Origin: Candidatus Sericytochromatia bacterium
Lineage (GTDB): Bacteria; Cyanobacteriota; Sericytochromatia; S15B-MN24; UBA4093
DNA: 64,000 nt
Direction: 5' to 3'
NCBI GenBank assembly: GCA_036676495.1
Contig: JAKFCT010000031.1
Coordinates: forward strand, 1-64,000
Positions 40,501 through 48,548 of this stretch are shown in pieces. The notes under the pieces were generated by a model. That model saw only the letters and a list, made by a program, of their open reading frames with translations. It had not been told where the DNA came from and made no database searches. Each line of letters begins with the position of its first letter. Position 1 is the first letter of the stretch. Made by a program: the position numbers and the translations under genes.

Positions 40501-41094
40501 ATCCGCATGTGGAACGGGAAGACGCTTGAAACCTCCTGGCGCTCGCACTATTACCCGATCTCGCGCCTGACTCAGGACGGGAGCAAAAGGATGGCCTACG
40601 TCTCGTCCGCAAGCTGGGTGCATCATCAGGACGATGGGTTCTATACCGGCTTCACGGGGAGCCTCTCGCAGCTCACGTACCGGGGAGACTACGGTGAATC
40701 CGTCGCCCCCGTGGCGTTCACCCCTTATTCGTGGATCTCCTACAACCGCATGGGGGCCTGGACGCAAGCCGTGGAGACCTACTTCGACGGCTCCAAGGAA
40801 CGAAGCTTCAAGTACTACGGCGGAGGCGACTACGGCTCGGTCGTGGCCGGCAACGACGGGACCATCTACATTCCCACGTTGACCGGCGGAGCCATCTTCA
40901 AGTGGACGGCGGACGGCTATAGCGTCCTGACGCCGAGCATCTACACGGGCGGGATCGATCACGTCTGGGGCCTGGCCTTCTACGACAACAAGCTCTACCA
41001 GCCGGTGCGGGAGCGGCATCTGGTACGGGAAGTCGACACGCTGACCGGGGTGGCGAGCGTCATGCCGGTTGGTCTGGTCGCACCGGAGCTCTAG
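37558..41094 (+). CDS. Giant lipoprotein A2 (paralog of A1)
   Basis: Near-identical N-terminus to A1, same architecture, ends GLVAPEL. Confidence 0.88.
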   Translation: MAFARIHSRLSRFAAFILMAVLTIALTACPRPLTPPMGTPAPGTLTGSEADQVVGHVDFGGRSTQATIEDNIMPGSTISLIEVETGDTVSTARSDANGKFVLKYSNGFKPVHGKLYYFEAIKGLDAGSGNYNAVGADLVRVRTIATYRNGGGWLSLTSDRFGFYMPITPMTTAVSIVVSLRSSTNRKIDASTLFGSVRLGQSNGKYPDTLVFPDTALFPVTLAQGAYNLVMDAFAKERDPMRWIQLAGGDAQFNTVELPDVPFTLLGIAPPAQVPLQLVSLVGTNYEGEVEVHFQRDGGGTVAAQGPNGGAPEISPDRTRITVRVPANAINGRLELKIRPNSTSPWRTLISAQDFLLATMDGHSVVDLAGRVYAANVGLGTIVRLQPTGQDDRLEVATLISGLDKPSALTFAPGTLRPETSFDPISYDYLFVGLGGTTRQIVEYDLRGATPVATPYHAGVGVANPSGIAFAPSKALYVTDADAGKLYVIPSRGAEVAEVTLQGEALNKPRGIAFGPNGRMYVANSGANTVLEIDLTKTPPLAKKHVLGLSTPWGVAFDPKGNFYMSNNQGNSIYRVPVTSLPGAPLTYGALEAFSAVPTPAGIDADASGYLYAADRTTNGIYRINSNAEGRQVGIGISYPVATWAGPGPNAGDREIYALTDEGRLMKITRPQNGPSALSVFAEGLRSSRGLTRDAAGNFFTHRRAAKALTKIYPDGTTADLLGSLDAYYLASPVVRGTQIFFRTANGSLSPADLHGYNLGPPIGAAPAVSYQALMRGVVAVAVDRSGRVNNGKYFLLQNNEVPKNLILKVTRFSGERAETVPFLTAAALNRVTTPVDIAVDGAGQVWVADAAGKVVVFNENGAYVGEVAVPNPVRLTYNDTHIVVSNYQAAGDVRFYTTARGLAKTLSGLGYPVGVSFEGTNMYVNTHDDGWVYRVANYAGLPTKALTAGDRVQFYQIGGQNDIEVIGGNLYFTYVAGYGNIRMWNGKTLETSWRSHYYPISRLTQDGSKRMAYVSSASWVHHQDDGFYTGFTGSLSQLTYRGDYGESVAPVAFTPYSWISYNRMGAWTQAVETYFDGSKERSFKYYGGGDYGSVVAGNDGTIYIPTLTGGAIFKWTADGYSVLTPSIYTGGIDHVWGLAFYDNKLYQPVRERHLVREVDTLTGVASVMPVGLVAPEL

Positions 41095-41106
41095 AGGAGG
41101 ATGGAC

Positions 41107-44100
41107 ATGCGCCGCTTTTTGATTCCGATCCTCCTGATCTTCGTGCTCGCGAGCTGTCGCATGCCCTCGATCGTGCCGCAGATCCCCGCGGGCACGGTCG
41201 ATTCGGGGGCGCCCGTGGCACGCCCGGAATCGGCCCTCAAGGTCCGGCTCGTTCGCGACCCCCAAATTCAAGCGATCTTCGAGGAGTTCACCGCAGGGGC
41301 GACCATCGCCTTGATTGATACGGAGACCGGCCTGACGCTCGGCACGAGCGTTACCACGCCGGAAGGCTCGTTCATCTTGAATTTCGGTCCGGACTTCAAT
41401 CCTGTCGACGGCCGGCTTTACTACCTCGATCTCTTCAAGGGATTGCAGGTTCAGCCCGACGGCCAGTTCAACCAGGCGGGCGCCGATGCGCTTCGCCTTC
41501 GCAACGTGCTCTGCTACGACGCGGCGACCTCGGGTTGGACCAGCCTCATGAACGGGACGCCGAGCAATTCCGTCGACATCGGCAACAAGTCCACGGCCCT
41601 CAGCATCGCACTGGCCCTCAAGCGTCAGGCGGGAGAGCTGGTCGATTTCAAACAGTACCTCGGCGTCGTGCCGTACCCCAACGATTATCCGGCGGCAGGC
41701 GTCGGCACGCTCGAGAAGAGCAAGTTCGATCAGGCTTACGCGGCGGTCATCGAGGCGATCGCCAAGGACTCCGATCCCCTGCAGTACCTGGTCTATGACA
41801 AGATCACCGGGACTTACTTCGGATCCCTGGTCCTGTTCTCCCTCTCGGACATCTTCTTGAAAGGCACCGACGCCACCCCCGTTCGCGAGGGCAAGATCGA
41901 CGACCGGGTGATCATCACGGGCGCCGGCTTCGGTCCGGGGGCCCAGTTCCGGCTCAACGGCAAGCTGCTCTCGATCGTCGGCTCCATCGCGGCGACCCGC
42001 GTCGAGGTCCAGATTCCTCCCGGCACCCGCACGGGACCGGTCTCGATCGAGCAGGAGGGCAAGACCCAGTTCGGCAAGACCTTCACCATCAAGGCCGACG
42101 ACGGACATCGCGCGATCCTCAACGGCAAGCTCTATGTCGCCAGTCCGACGTGGCACTCCATCTCCGAGGTCGATCAAAACGGCGTCGTGAAGACCCTCTG
42201 GGACAAGGTCCGGGACGGCATTCCCGAGCTGGACTCTCCGCGGCAGGTGGCGGTCCGCGGAGGCATGATCTACGTGACCACCAGCAGCTACGTCCTGCGC
42301 TTCAATCCGGCCCAGCCCAAGGTGAGGGACGCGTTCGCGATCGCCGTCACGGATCCTTACGGCATGGCGTTCGACCTGGCGGGCAACCTCTACGTGACCA
42401 GCCGCAGCGCGGGCACGATCATCAAGCACAATGCCGCCGGGACGCCGCTCCAAACCTTCGCGGGCTTCAACCGGCCAATCGCCATGGCCTTCAACTATCA
42501 GGGCCGGCTCTTCGTCGTGGAGGAAGGCGGTGGCATCCGCCGCGTGACCTTCACACCGACCTATGCCAACGAGGCCTGGGGCTTTGCTTCCAAGCCCCTG
42601 GGGATCGCGGTCGACTCGGCCGGCGATCAGTTCGTCACGAGCAACGACAATGACGTCATCTTCCGGATCTCCCATACCGGGTTCCCGTCGGTCTTCGCCG
42701 CGATCAACAAGCCGGGAGGCCTGAGCTTCGATGACGAGGGCAACCTCTTCGTCTCGGATACCGGGCGCAACCTCATCAGCCGCCTCTCGCCCTCCGGGAA
42801 CAGCAAGGTCATCGCCTACGGCATCTCCGTGCCGCGCGGCATCGCCGTGGACCCTGCGAGCCCCCGCACCCTCTACGTCAGCCTCGGCCAATCGAACGCC
42901 ATCCTGAGGGTGACGCCGGATACCGGCGCGCTGGCTCCCTTCGTCACCGGAATTGCCAACCCCATGTCCCTGAATTTCCGGGGGCAGGGCATGTTCATCG
43001 CGCACCCGGAAACCGGAACGATCTCCTATGCGCGTACCAGCGGCGAGATGGAGACGGTCGCCACGGGGATCCTCTACCCCGGCGGCGCCGATCAGCAGGT
43101 CGTCGGCGGCGTCCGTACCGGCAATCTCTACGCGGGCCGCTTTGGGGACGTGGAGGGGGCCACCACGCCGCGCCTCCCGAACTTCGCCATTCGCGCGCTC
43201 GCGTTCGGCGATCACTACGGCTTGGAGACCTTCAATAACGGCACCCGCGTGGAAGCGCGCCAATGGCTTTACCACCAGCAGGTGCAAAGCGTCGCCGTCG
43301 ACTCCGAGGGCAACATCTTCATGGTCAACCAGGCCGAGAAGTCGCTGACCATGTTCACCAAGTTCGTCGAGACCACCGGCACGAAGTACGCACGCCTGAG
43401 TCGCCACCTGGCGGGTCCCAGGGCGGCCAACGCCGCCGCGCGCTTCACGGGAACTCCCGGCCAGGTCGTGCTGGATCCCCTTGGGAACGCCTACGTGACC
43501 GTGCCGAGCGAGAACGCGGTCTACCGCTTCAACAAGGCGCGCGGCTACGCCATGGAGAAGATCACGGGCTTCGCCAATCCGCGCGGGATCGCCTTCTCCG
43601 ACACCACGGCGCCGGTCGTCATGTTCGTCTCGAACGCCGGGGACGCGGGTCGGATTTACCGCGTCACCAACGCCGATCAGGCGGCGGTCGTCCAGAAGGA
43701 TGGCGCCTTCGCCGTCGCCATCGATCCCAACGTCGAGGGTATCGCCTACATGCCCAGCGGGACCCTGGGCACCGGCACCCTCTACATCTCCAACAACAAC
43801 CCGGCCAACGACCCGGACGGCGATCCGGAAACGGCCGAGTACCAGCTCGACAAGGTGAGCATCGCGGGCAACAACGCCTCCGGAGGACGCGTGAACGTCT
43901 TCAAGTACCTGCCCCGTCCCTGGAAGTACATCTTCGCCCACCCGGCCACGGGAATGCTCTACGGGTACATCAACGTCTCGTTCGTCGACAAGATCAACCC
44001 CACGACGCTGGCTTTCGACAACCACCGGGACGGCACGGGCTCGGGGGTCTATGAAGGCTACTTCATGAGCTTCTCCGGCGCCAGCTACACGGAGTGGAAC

Positions 44101-44568
44101 GGCTACCGCTACAACGGCGGGCTTCATAACTGGTCCAACGGCGCCTACAACCTCTCCCCCATGACGACGACCCGCGAACTGGAGCTCGATCCCGGACGCT
44201 ACCTCTACGTGGCCTCCCCCGAGAACGAGATCGGTGAAGGCGGCGTCCTGCGCATCAACCTCACCAACAACGAGGAGCTCTACTTGCGGCTGCGGGCCTA
44301 CTCCCTCGGCCGTGACACCTCGACCGACTTGCTGTACATCGGGGCCTACGACTCGGGTATCTACCGGATGGAGCCCAGCGGCAGAACGACGCTGATCTGG
44401 ACGGTTCCGGGGGGAAGGCCCTTCGGGCTCGACGTCTACACCAATGCCGGCGCGCCCGCCAACTCCCGGGTCTGGGCGGCGGCGGAGGATTCGACCCTCT
44501 TCGAGGCGGCAATCCAGGCCGGCACGACGGCCACCCATCGCGTAGGAATGAAAGGTCCGGTCTTCTGA
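41107..44568 (+). CDS. Giant lipoprotein B2 (paralog of B1)
   Basis: Lipobox LASC; FNQAGADALRLRN shared with B1; ends GMKGPVF; alternative ATG at 41101. Confidence 0.88.
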   Translation: MRRFLIPILLIFVLASCRMPSIVPQIPAGTVDSGAPVARPESALKVRLVRDPQIQAIFEEFTAGATIALIDTETGLTLGTSVTTPEGSFILNFGPDFNPVDGRLYYLDLFKGLQVQPDGQFNQAGADALRLRNVLCYDAATSGWTSLMNGTPSNSVDIGNKSTALSIALALKRQAGELVDFKQYLGVVPYPNDYPAAGVGTLEKSKFDQAYAAVIEAIAKDSDPLQYLVYDKITGTYFGSLVLFSLSDIFLKGTDATPVREGKIDDRVIITGAGFGPGAQFRLNGKLLSIVGSIAATRVEVQIPPGTRTGPVSIEQEGKTQFGKTFTIKADDGHRAILNGKLYVASPTWHSISEVDQNGVVKTLWDKVRDGIPELDSPRQVAVRGGMIYVTTSSYVLRFNPAQPKVRDAFAIAVTDPYGMAFDLAGNLYVTSRSAGTIIKHNAAGTPLQTFAGFNRPIAMAFNYQGRLFVVEEGGGIRRVTFTPTYANEAWGFASKPLGIAVDSAGDQFVTSNDNDVIFRISHTGFPSVFAAINKPGGLSFDDEGNLFVSDTGRNLISRLSPSGNSKVIAYGISVPRGIAVDPASPRTLYVSLGQSNAILRVTPDTGALAPFVTGIANPMSLNFRGQGMFIAHPETGTISYARTSGEMETVATGILYPGGADQQVVGGVRTGNLYAGRFGDVEGATTPRLPNFAIRALAFGDHYGLETFNNGTRVEARQWLYHQQVQSVAVDSEGNIFMVNQAEKSLTMFTKFVETTGTKYARLSRHLAGPRAANAAARFTGTPGQVVLDPLGNAYVTVPSENAVYRFNKARGYAMEKITGFANPRGIAFSDTTAPVVMFVSNAGDAGRIYRVTNADQAAVVQKDGAFAVAIDPNVEGIAYMPSGTLGTGTLYISNNNPANDPDGDPETAEYQLDKVSIAGNNASGGRVNVFKYLPRPWKYIFAHPATGMLYGYINVSFVDKINPTTLAFDNHRDGTGSGVYEGYFMSFSGASYTEWNGYRYNGGLHNWSNGAYNLSPMTTTRELELDPGRYLYVASPENEIGEGGVLRINLTNNEELYLRLRAYSLGRDTSTDLLYIGAYDSGIYRMEPSGRTTLIWTVPGGRPFGLDVYTNAGAPANSRVWAAAEDSTLFEAAIQAGTTATHRVGMKGPVF

Positions 44569-44906
44569 TGCCTGGACGGTTTACCAGCAAGCTCTCCTTG
44601 GTCGCCCTCTTCGTCGCCACCATGGCCATGGGGTGCGCCGGCAACGATGAGGATCTCTTTGGAGCCAGCGGGCGGGTGACCTCTCGTCCTACTGCGGAAG
44701 CGACGCCCACCCCGACCCCGACGCCGACCCCCACTCCGACCCCGACCCCGACGGCCACGAAGACTCCCTCCCCCACTCCCTCTCCGGAGGCCACGCCGGA
44801 CGAGGAGGCCACGCCGGAGCCCCGCGAGAGCATCGTTCACCTCGAATCCCCGGGGCCTGGGTATTCCCCTCCCCCAGAAGCCAGCGGATCGCTCGACGGG
44901 AACTGA
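44568..44906 (+). CDS. Small Thr/Pro-rich lipoprotein C2
   Basis: AMGC-AGNDEDLFG then (TP)n; TGATG overlap with B2. Confidence 0.75.
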   Translation: MPGRFTSKLSLVALFVATMAMGCAGNDEDLFGASGRVTSRPTAEATPTPTPTPTPTPTPTPTATKTPSPTPSPEATPDEEATPEPRESIVHLESPGPGYSPPPEASGSLDGN

Positions 44907-44986
44907 GGATCGGCTAGGCCGCCGGCGGCTTCCGAACGCGGGGCGTACCCACCCGGAAACGACGTCGGCGGTGGGGCCAAGAACGA

Positions 44987-45658
44987 CTAGGGGTTGCGCA
45001 GCGCGACGCTCGTGCGCACGTAGCGCGGAGCGGATTCGGGGGTCGGCCGGATCACCAGGGTGATCTCGACCCGGCGGATCTGGCTCAGGAGGATCGTGGG
45101 CTCCCCCGCCGCCGTCAGGTACGTGAAGATCGGAACCGGGCCGTTCGTCGTCCCCTTGCCGCCTCTTAGCTGCAGCGGAATGCCGTCCGGGTTATGGTTC
45201 TGGATCAGGCGATCCGCGCTGAGGGTCATGGGCCCCTCCCCGGTGTCGAGCCCGGGGGCGCCCACCAGGCCGGCTCCCGCGTGCCCGGATCCCGACGGCA
45301 AAGCTCCCGCCCCGGCGGACGACCCTTCGATGACGAGTTGCAAGGGGCGGACCCACGGATTGGACGGATCGGCCGGCGCCTGCGAGATTTCCCGGATCGT
45401 CGCCCCGTCGTCGGAGATTGACGTGTAGCGGATCGTGCCGCTCCCCGCCAAGGTGAGGGTCTTGAGGTTGGCGAGCTCCCGGCTGACCATCGAGAGCGGG
45501 CGCATCGCCTCCTGGGGGCCCTTGGCCTCTCCGAGCACGACGTAGACCGTCTCCTGCTGGCTCCGGAACAACATGAAGAGCCCCGCCATGAAGCTCGAGA
45601 TGAGGGTCAAGGCGAGCGCCGTCTCCAGGATCGTCAGGCCCTTCTCATGCTTTCGCAT
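44987..45658 (-). CDS. Minor pilin (PilW/GspJ-like)
   Basis: G|LTILE motif; C-terminal IRRVEITL...VALRN typical of this class. Confidence 0.8.
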   Translation of the reverse strand: MRKHEKGLTILETALALTLISSFMAGLFMLFRSQQETVYVVLGEAKGPQEAMRPLSMVSRELANLKTLTLAGSGTIRYTSISDDGATIREISQAPADPSNPWVRPLQLVIEGSSAGAGALPSGSGHAGAGLVGAPGLDTGEGPMTLSADRLIQNHNPDGIPLQLRGGKGTTNGPVPIFTYLTAAGEPTILLSQIRRVEITLVIRPTPESAPRYVRTSVALRNP

Positions 45659-46089
45659 CAGAGCCCTCCCTTGGCGACGGGGCCGGTGACCTTGTCGAGC
45701 TCCAGCGAGCCCGCCAGGACCTCCGGGGCCCCGGGAGCCTGATAGGTCACCTCGATGGTGTAATCGACCTTGCGGAAGCCGTTCTGCGCGGGAGGAAGGC
45801 CGTTCCGCACGACCCGGACCGAGTAGGTCGCGCCGGCCACGCCCAGCGGAGCGAGACGGACGGTTTCCGGGGGAGGGTCGATCGGGTTCGCGCGAACCGT
45901 CTCGGCCGCATCGCGAAGCAACTGCTCGACGATCTCGGGATGCTGAACGATCCCCGACTCCGCCGGCGAGACGCTCGCCGCCATGGTCCGGGTCAGCTGC
46001 GTGATGGCCATGACCCCCATCATCAGGACGAGGATGGAGAGCATCGCCTCCAGCAGCGAGACGCCCTTCTGCGCGCTACTTCTGTTCAT
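45658..46089 (-). CDS. Minor pilin (PilV/GspI-like)
   Basis: G|VSLLE motif, short. Confidence 0.8.
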   Translation of the reverse strand: MNRSSAQKGVSLLEAMLSILVLMMGVMAITQLTRTMAASVSPAESGIVQHPEIVEQLLRDAAETVRANPIDPPPETVRLAPLGVAGATYSVRVVRNGLPPAQNGFRKVDYTIEVTYQAPGAPEVLAGSLELDKVTGPVAKGGL

Positions 46090-46552
46090 AGCGCTGAAGC
46101 ACCCAGGCGGAGCCCGAGGCGACGTCGAAGCGGAGGGTTCGGGTGATCGGGCCCCAGCCGGTATTGCCTCCGACGGGCACGGCCTCGCCCGTGACCTCGT
46201 AGCGGAAGACGCCGGGGGTGACGGGATCGAGGGCCACGATCCGGTACCCGACGCGCTGCGTGACCGTGACTCCGGGGTAGGCGATCGTGCGCTCCCAGGT
46301 GGCCGGGGGCGGGATCTCCGGGATCGCGTCCCGGACGGGCTTGATGTTGTTCTGGTACATCAGCGCGTTGATCCCCTTCTCCGCCGCATAGAGCGCCTGG
46401 GCGGTCGGGTAGCCCGCGAACCGGAGTTCGGCGCCCGCGGAGGTCTGCTGGCGCAGGAACTTGGCCGCCCCGAGGCTCAGCACGGTCATACCCGTGACCA
46501 GCGCCGTGGCGATGAGCAGCGTATTGCCGCGTTCGGAGGCGTGACGTTCCAT
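46076..46552 (-). CDS. Minor pilin (PilX/GspK-like)
   Basis: RG|NTLLI lacking Glu5; QALYAAEKG PilX-like motif. Confidence 0.8.
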   Translation of the reverse strand: MERHASERGNTLLIATALVTGMTVLSLGAAKFLRQQTSAGAELRFAGYPTAQALYAAEKGINALMYQNNIKPVRDAIPEIPPPATWERTIAYPGVTVTQRVGYRIVALDPVTPGVFRYEVTGEAVPVGGNTGWGPITRTLRFDVASGSAWVLQRYEQK

Positions 46553-46597
46553 AGGGGCTGCATACCCGCTTGCTGGCCGCTTTATAGCTTGCCTGGC

Positions 46598-48352
46598 TTA
46601 TTTGCCCCCGCGCAGGGCCTCGGTGAAGCCGCTCCAGCCCGCGGTCATGTGCGGGCCGGCCAGAGAGAAGGCTTCGGCGATCGCCTCCTGCCGCTCGGCC
46701 TTCTTCTGCTCCTTCAAGAGCTGCCCCAGCGGCTCGCCCGTCAGCTTAGAGGCCGCCGCCCCGTAGCGCTTGGCCGCCTGGGAGATCGCCTCGGGCGTCT
46801 CGGCCTGCTCGAGGGCGACGAAGGCCTCGCGCAGCGGCGTGAACTCGGCGCGCCGCTCGGGGGGCAAACTGCGCCAGATCTCGCCCATCGCCCCGCCCGC
46901 GCCGCGCAGGAAGAACTCCTTGGCGCGCGTGCGCTCCGCGTCGTCCTGCTCGAGGACCTGCTTGGAGAAGAACTCCGCGTTGGAGACGATCTGGTCCAGC
47001 GGGGTGGCCATGTTCTCGGGAGTGCCATGCAGGAACTCGGCGCTCGGCAGGAAGACGCCCATGCCGCCCAGCTGGGAGTAGTTCTGGGGTTTCATGGTGG
47101 GCAGGGCCAGCTCGTCGACTCCGAAGTGGGAGCCCACGAGGTCGTCCAAGGCCTTCGTGGCGTCCGTGAGGGCCTTTCGGATCGCTCCCGAGGGGTCTTT
47201 TAGCTTGCCGGAGGCGATCGCCCCTTCCAGGCCCTCCGAGAAGCCTTTCAGATCCCGCTGGTGTCGGTTCACCGCATCCAGGTCCTGGCCCGGCGAGAAG
47301 CGCGGAGCCCGCGCGATCACATCCTCGATGGCCTGGCGAGACGCCGGATCCTTCAGGGCGGCCGTCAGGGCCGAGCCCAGCGCGTCGGTGGCCTTGGCCA
47401 TCGCCTCGGCATGCTCCATGTCGTAGTGGCTGAGCGTGGGAGTGGCGTTCATGGGCTGGGTATCGGCGTCCGCCACCCCGTCGCGATCGACGTCGAAAGG
47501 GCGGGCCGCCTGCGAGGCCAGCGCGATCGTCCGGGTCGCAAAGGCCTCGGCGTCCATCTCGGGGTTCGCGATCAGGGCCCGGAGCATCTCCTGGGTGGGC
47601 TGCCCGTCGATGCTGCCGCCCAGGGTCATGTCGTTGGCCAGCTCCACCTCGCTGGAGGCGATCACGTGGTCGGCGACTCCGCGCATCGCGTTCACCACTT
47701 CCTGCTGGCCCATCAAGCACGCGTCGAAGTCCAGGATGTCGAGCGCGTCACGCCCGCTTCCCTTCAAGCCGCGCGAGAGCGCCGCGGAGATCTCCCCGAG
47801 GGTGGCCCCGCCGTTGTCGCCGGACATGCCGTCGATGGCATTGCCGTGGGACTGGATGATGACTCCCATGCGCTGGCCGGGATGCTCCTTGGCCGCCCAG
47901 GCCGTGAGGCCCTCGAGATCCTTGGCGAAGCCCTCGGAGGCATGCTTGCCCTGGACACTCACCTTGCCGTCCTTGATGACGAAGCGCTCGACCACCGGCC
48001 CGTTCTCGCCCTGGGTGACCTGCTGGGCCACGATGGTGACCGGCTTGCCTTCGGTTTCTTTGGCGAGATCCTTGAGCTGCTGGGCCTTGGGGGCGGCTCC
48101 GAACTTGTCGCTCAGCGTGGTGGTGAGGTTGACCGCCATGGTCCACTCGGGCTTCTGCTGGACGGCGGCCTTCGCGCGGGCCAGGACGTCCGAGAGGCTG
48201 GCCGAGGAGCCGGCCTTCCCCGAGAGCGAGAGCGCGTCCGTCCCGAGCGACGGCAGGGGGGCGGTCGCCGGCGCCGACGTGCGCGCGGGGCCGTTCAGGG
48301 GAGCCGTGGGGGCGGCCGTCGAGATCCGGTTGGGCTTGGGGTCGAGACGCAT
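46598..48352 (-). CDS. Clostripain-family (C11) cysteine peptidase
   Basis: IIQSHG (catalytic His) and FDACLMG (catalytic Cys), IASSE, TLSHYD. Confidence 0.85.
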   Translation of the reverse strand: MRLDPKPNRISTAAPTAPLNGPARTSAPATAPLPSLGTDALSLSGKAGSSASLSDVLARAKAAVQQKPEWTMAVNLTTTLSDKFGAAPKAQQLKDLAKETEGKPVTIVAQQVTQGENGPVVERFVIKDGKVSVQGKHASEGFAKDLEGLTAWAAKEHPGQRMGVIIQSHGNAIDGMSGDNGGATLGEISAALSRGLKGSGRDALDILDFDACLMGQQEVVNAMRGVADHVIASSEVELANDMTLGGSIDGQPTQEMLRALIANPEMDAEAFATRTIALASQAARPFDVDRDGVADADTQPMNATPTLSHYDMEHAEAMAKATDALGSALTAALKDPASRQAIEDVIARAPRFSPGQDLDAVNRHQRDLKGFSEGLEGAIASGKLKDPSGAIRKALTDATKALDDLVGSHFGVDELALPTMKPQNYSQLGGMGVFLPSAEFLHGTPENMATPLDQIVSNAEFFSKQVLEQDDAERTRAKEFFLRGAGGAMGEIWRSLPPERRAEFTPLREAFVALEQAETPEAISQAAKRYGAAASKLTGEPLGQLLKEQKKAERQEAIAEAFSLAGPHMTAGWSGFTEALRGGK

Positions 48353-48437
48353 GCGAGGGTCCTCCTGGGGGCTTCATACCCGCGGAGGATTAAGCACGCG
48401 CTAAGGTCTCGTTCGCGGCGCGTTAGCGGGGCAATAA

Positions 48438-48478
48438 AGAAACGCCGTCCCCCAGGACTGGCCTGGGGGACGGCGTTA
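48438..48478 (-). terminator. Intrinsic terminator of rplS
   Basis: AACGCCGTCCCCCAGG/CCTGGGGGACGGCGTT stem with T-rich tail on the minus strand. Confidence 0.85.
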
Positions 48479-48548
48479 AGAAGCAAGGGGCCTCGCGTCT
48501 GGGCTCGCCAACGTGCGGCGGCGGGCCGGGTCGCGGGGCGGCGCCGCG

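Noticed and set aside
29700-44568. Giant proteins as Rhs/teneurin-like polymorphic toxins or diversity-generating retroelement targets
   Set aside because: No YD repeats, toxin tip or immunity-like genes, and no reverse transcriptase or template/variable repeat pair seen.
44700-44790. 6-bp periodic repeats (also near 36828 and 37178)
   Set aside because: Explained by Thr-Pro coding tracts with synonymous variation.
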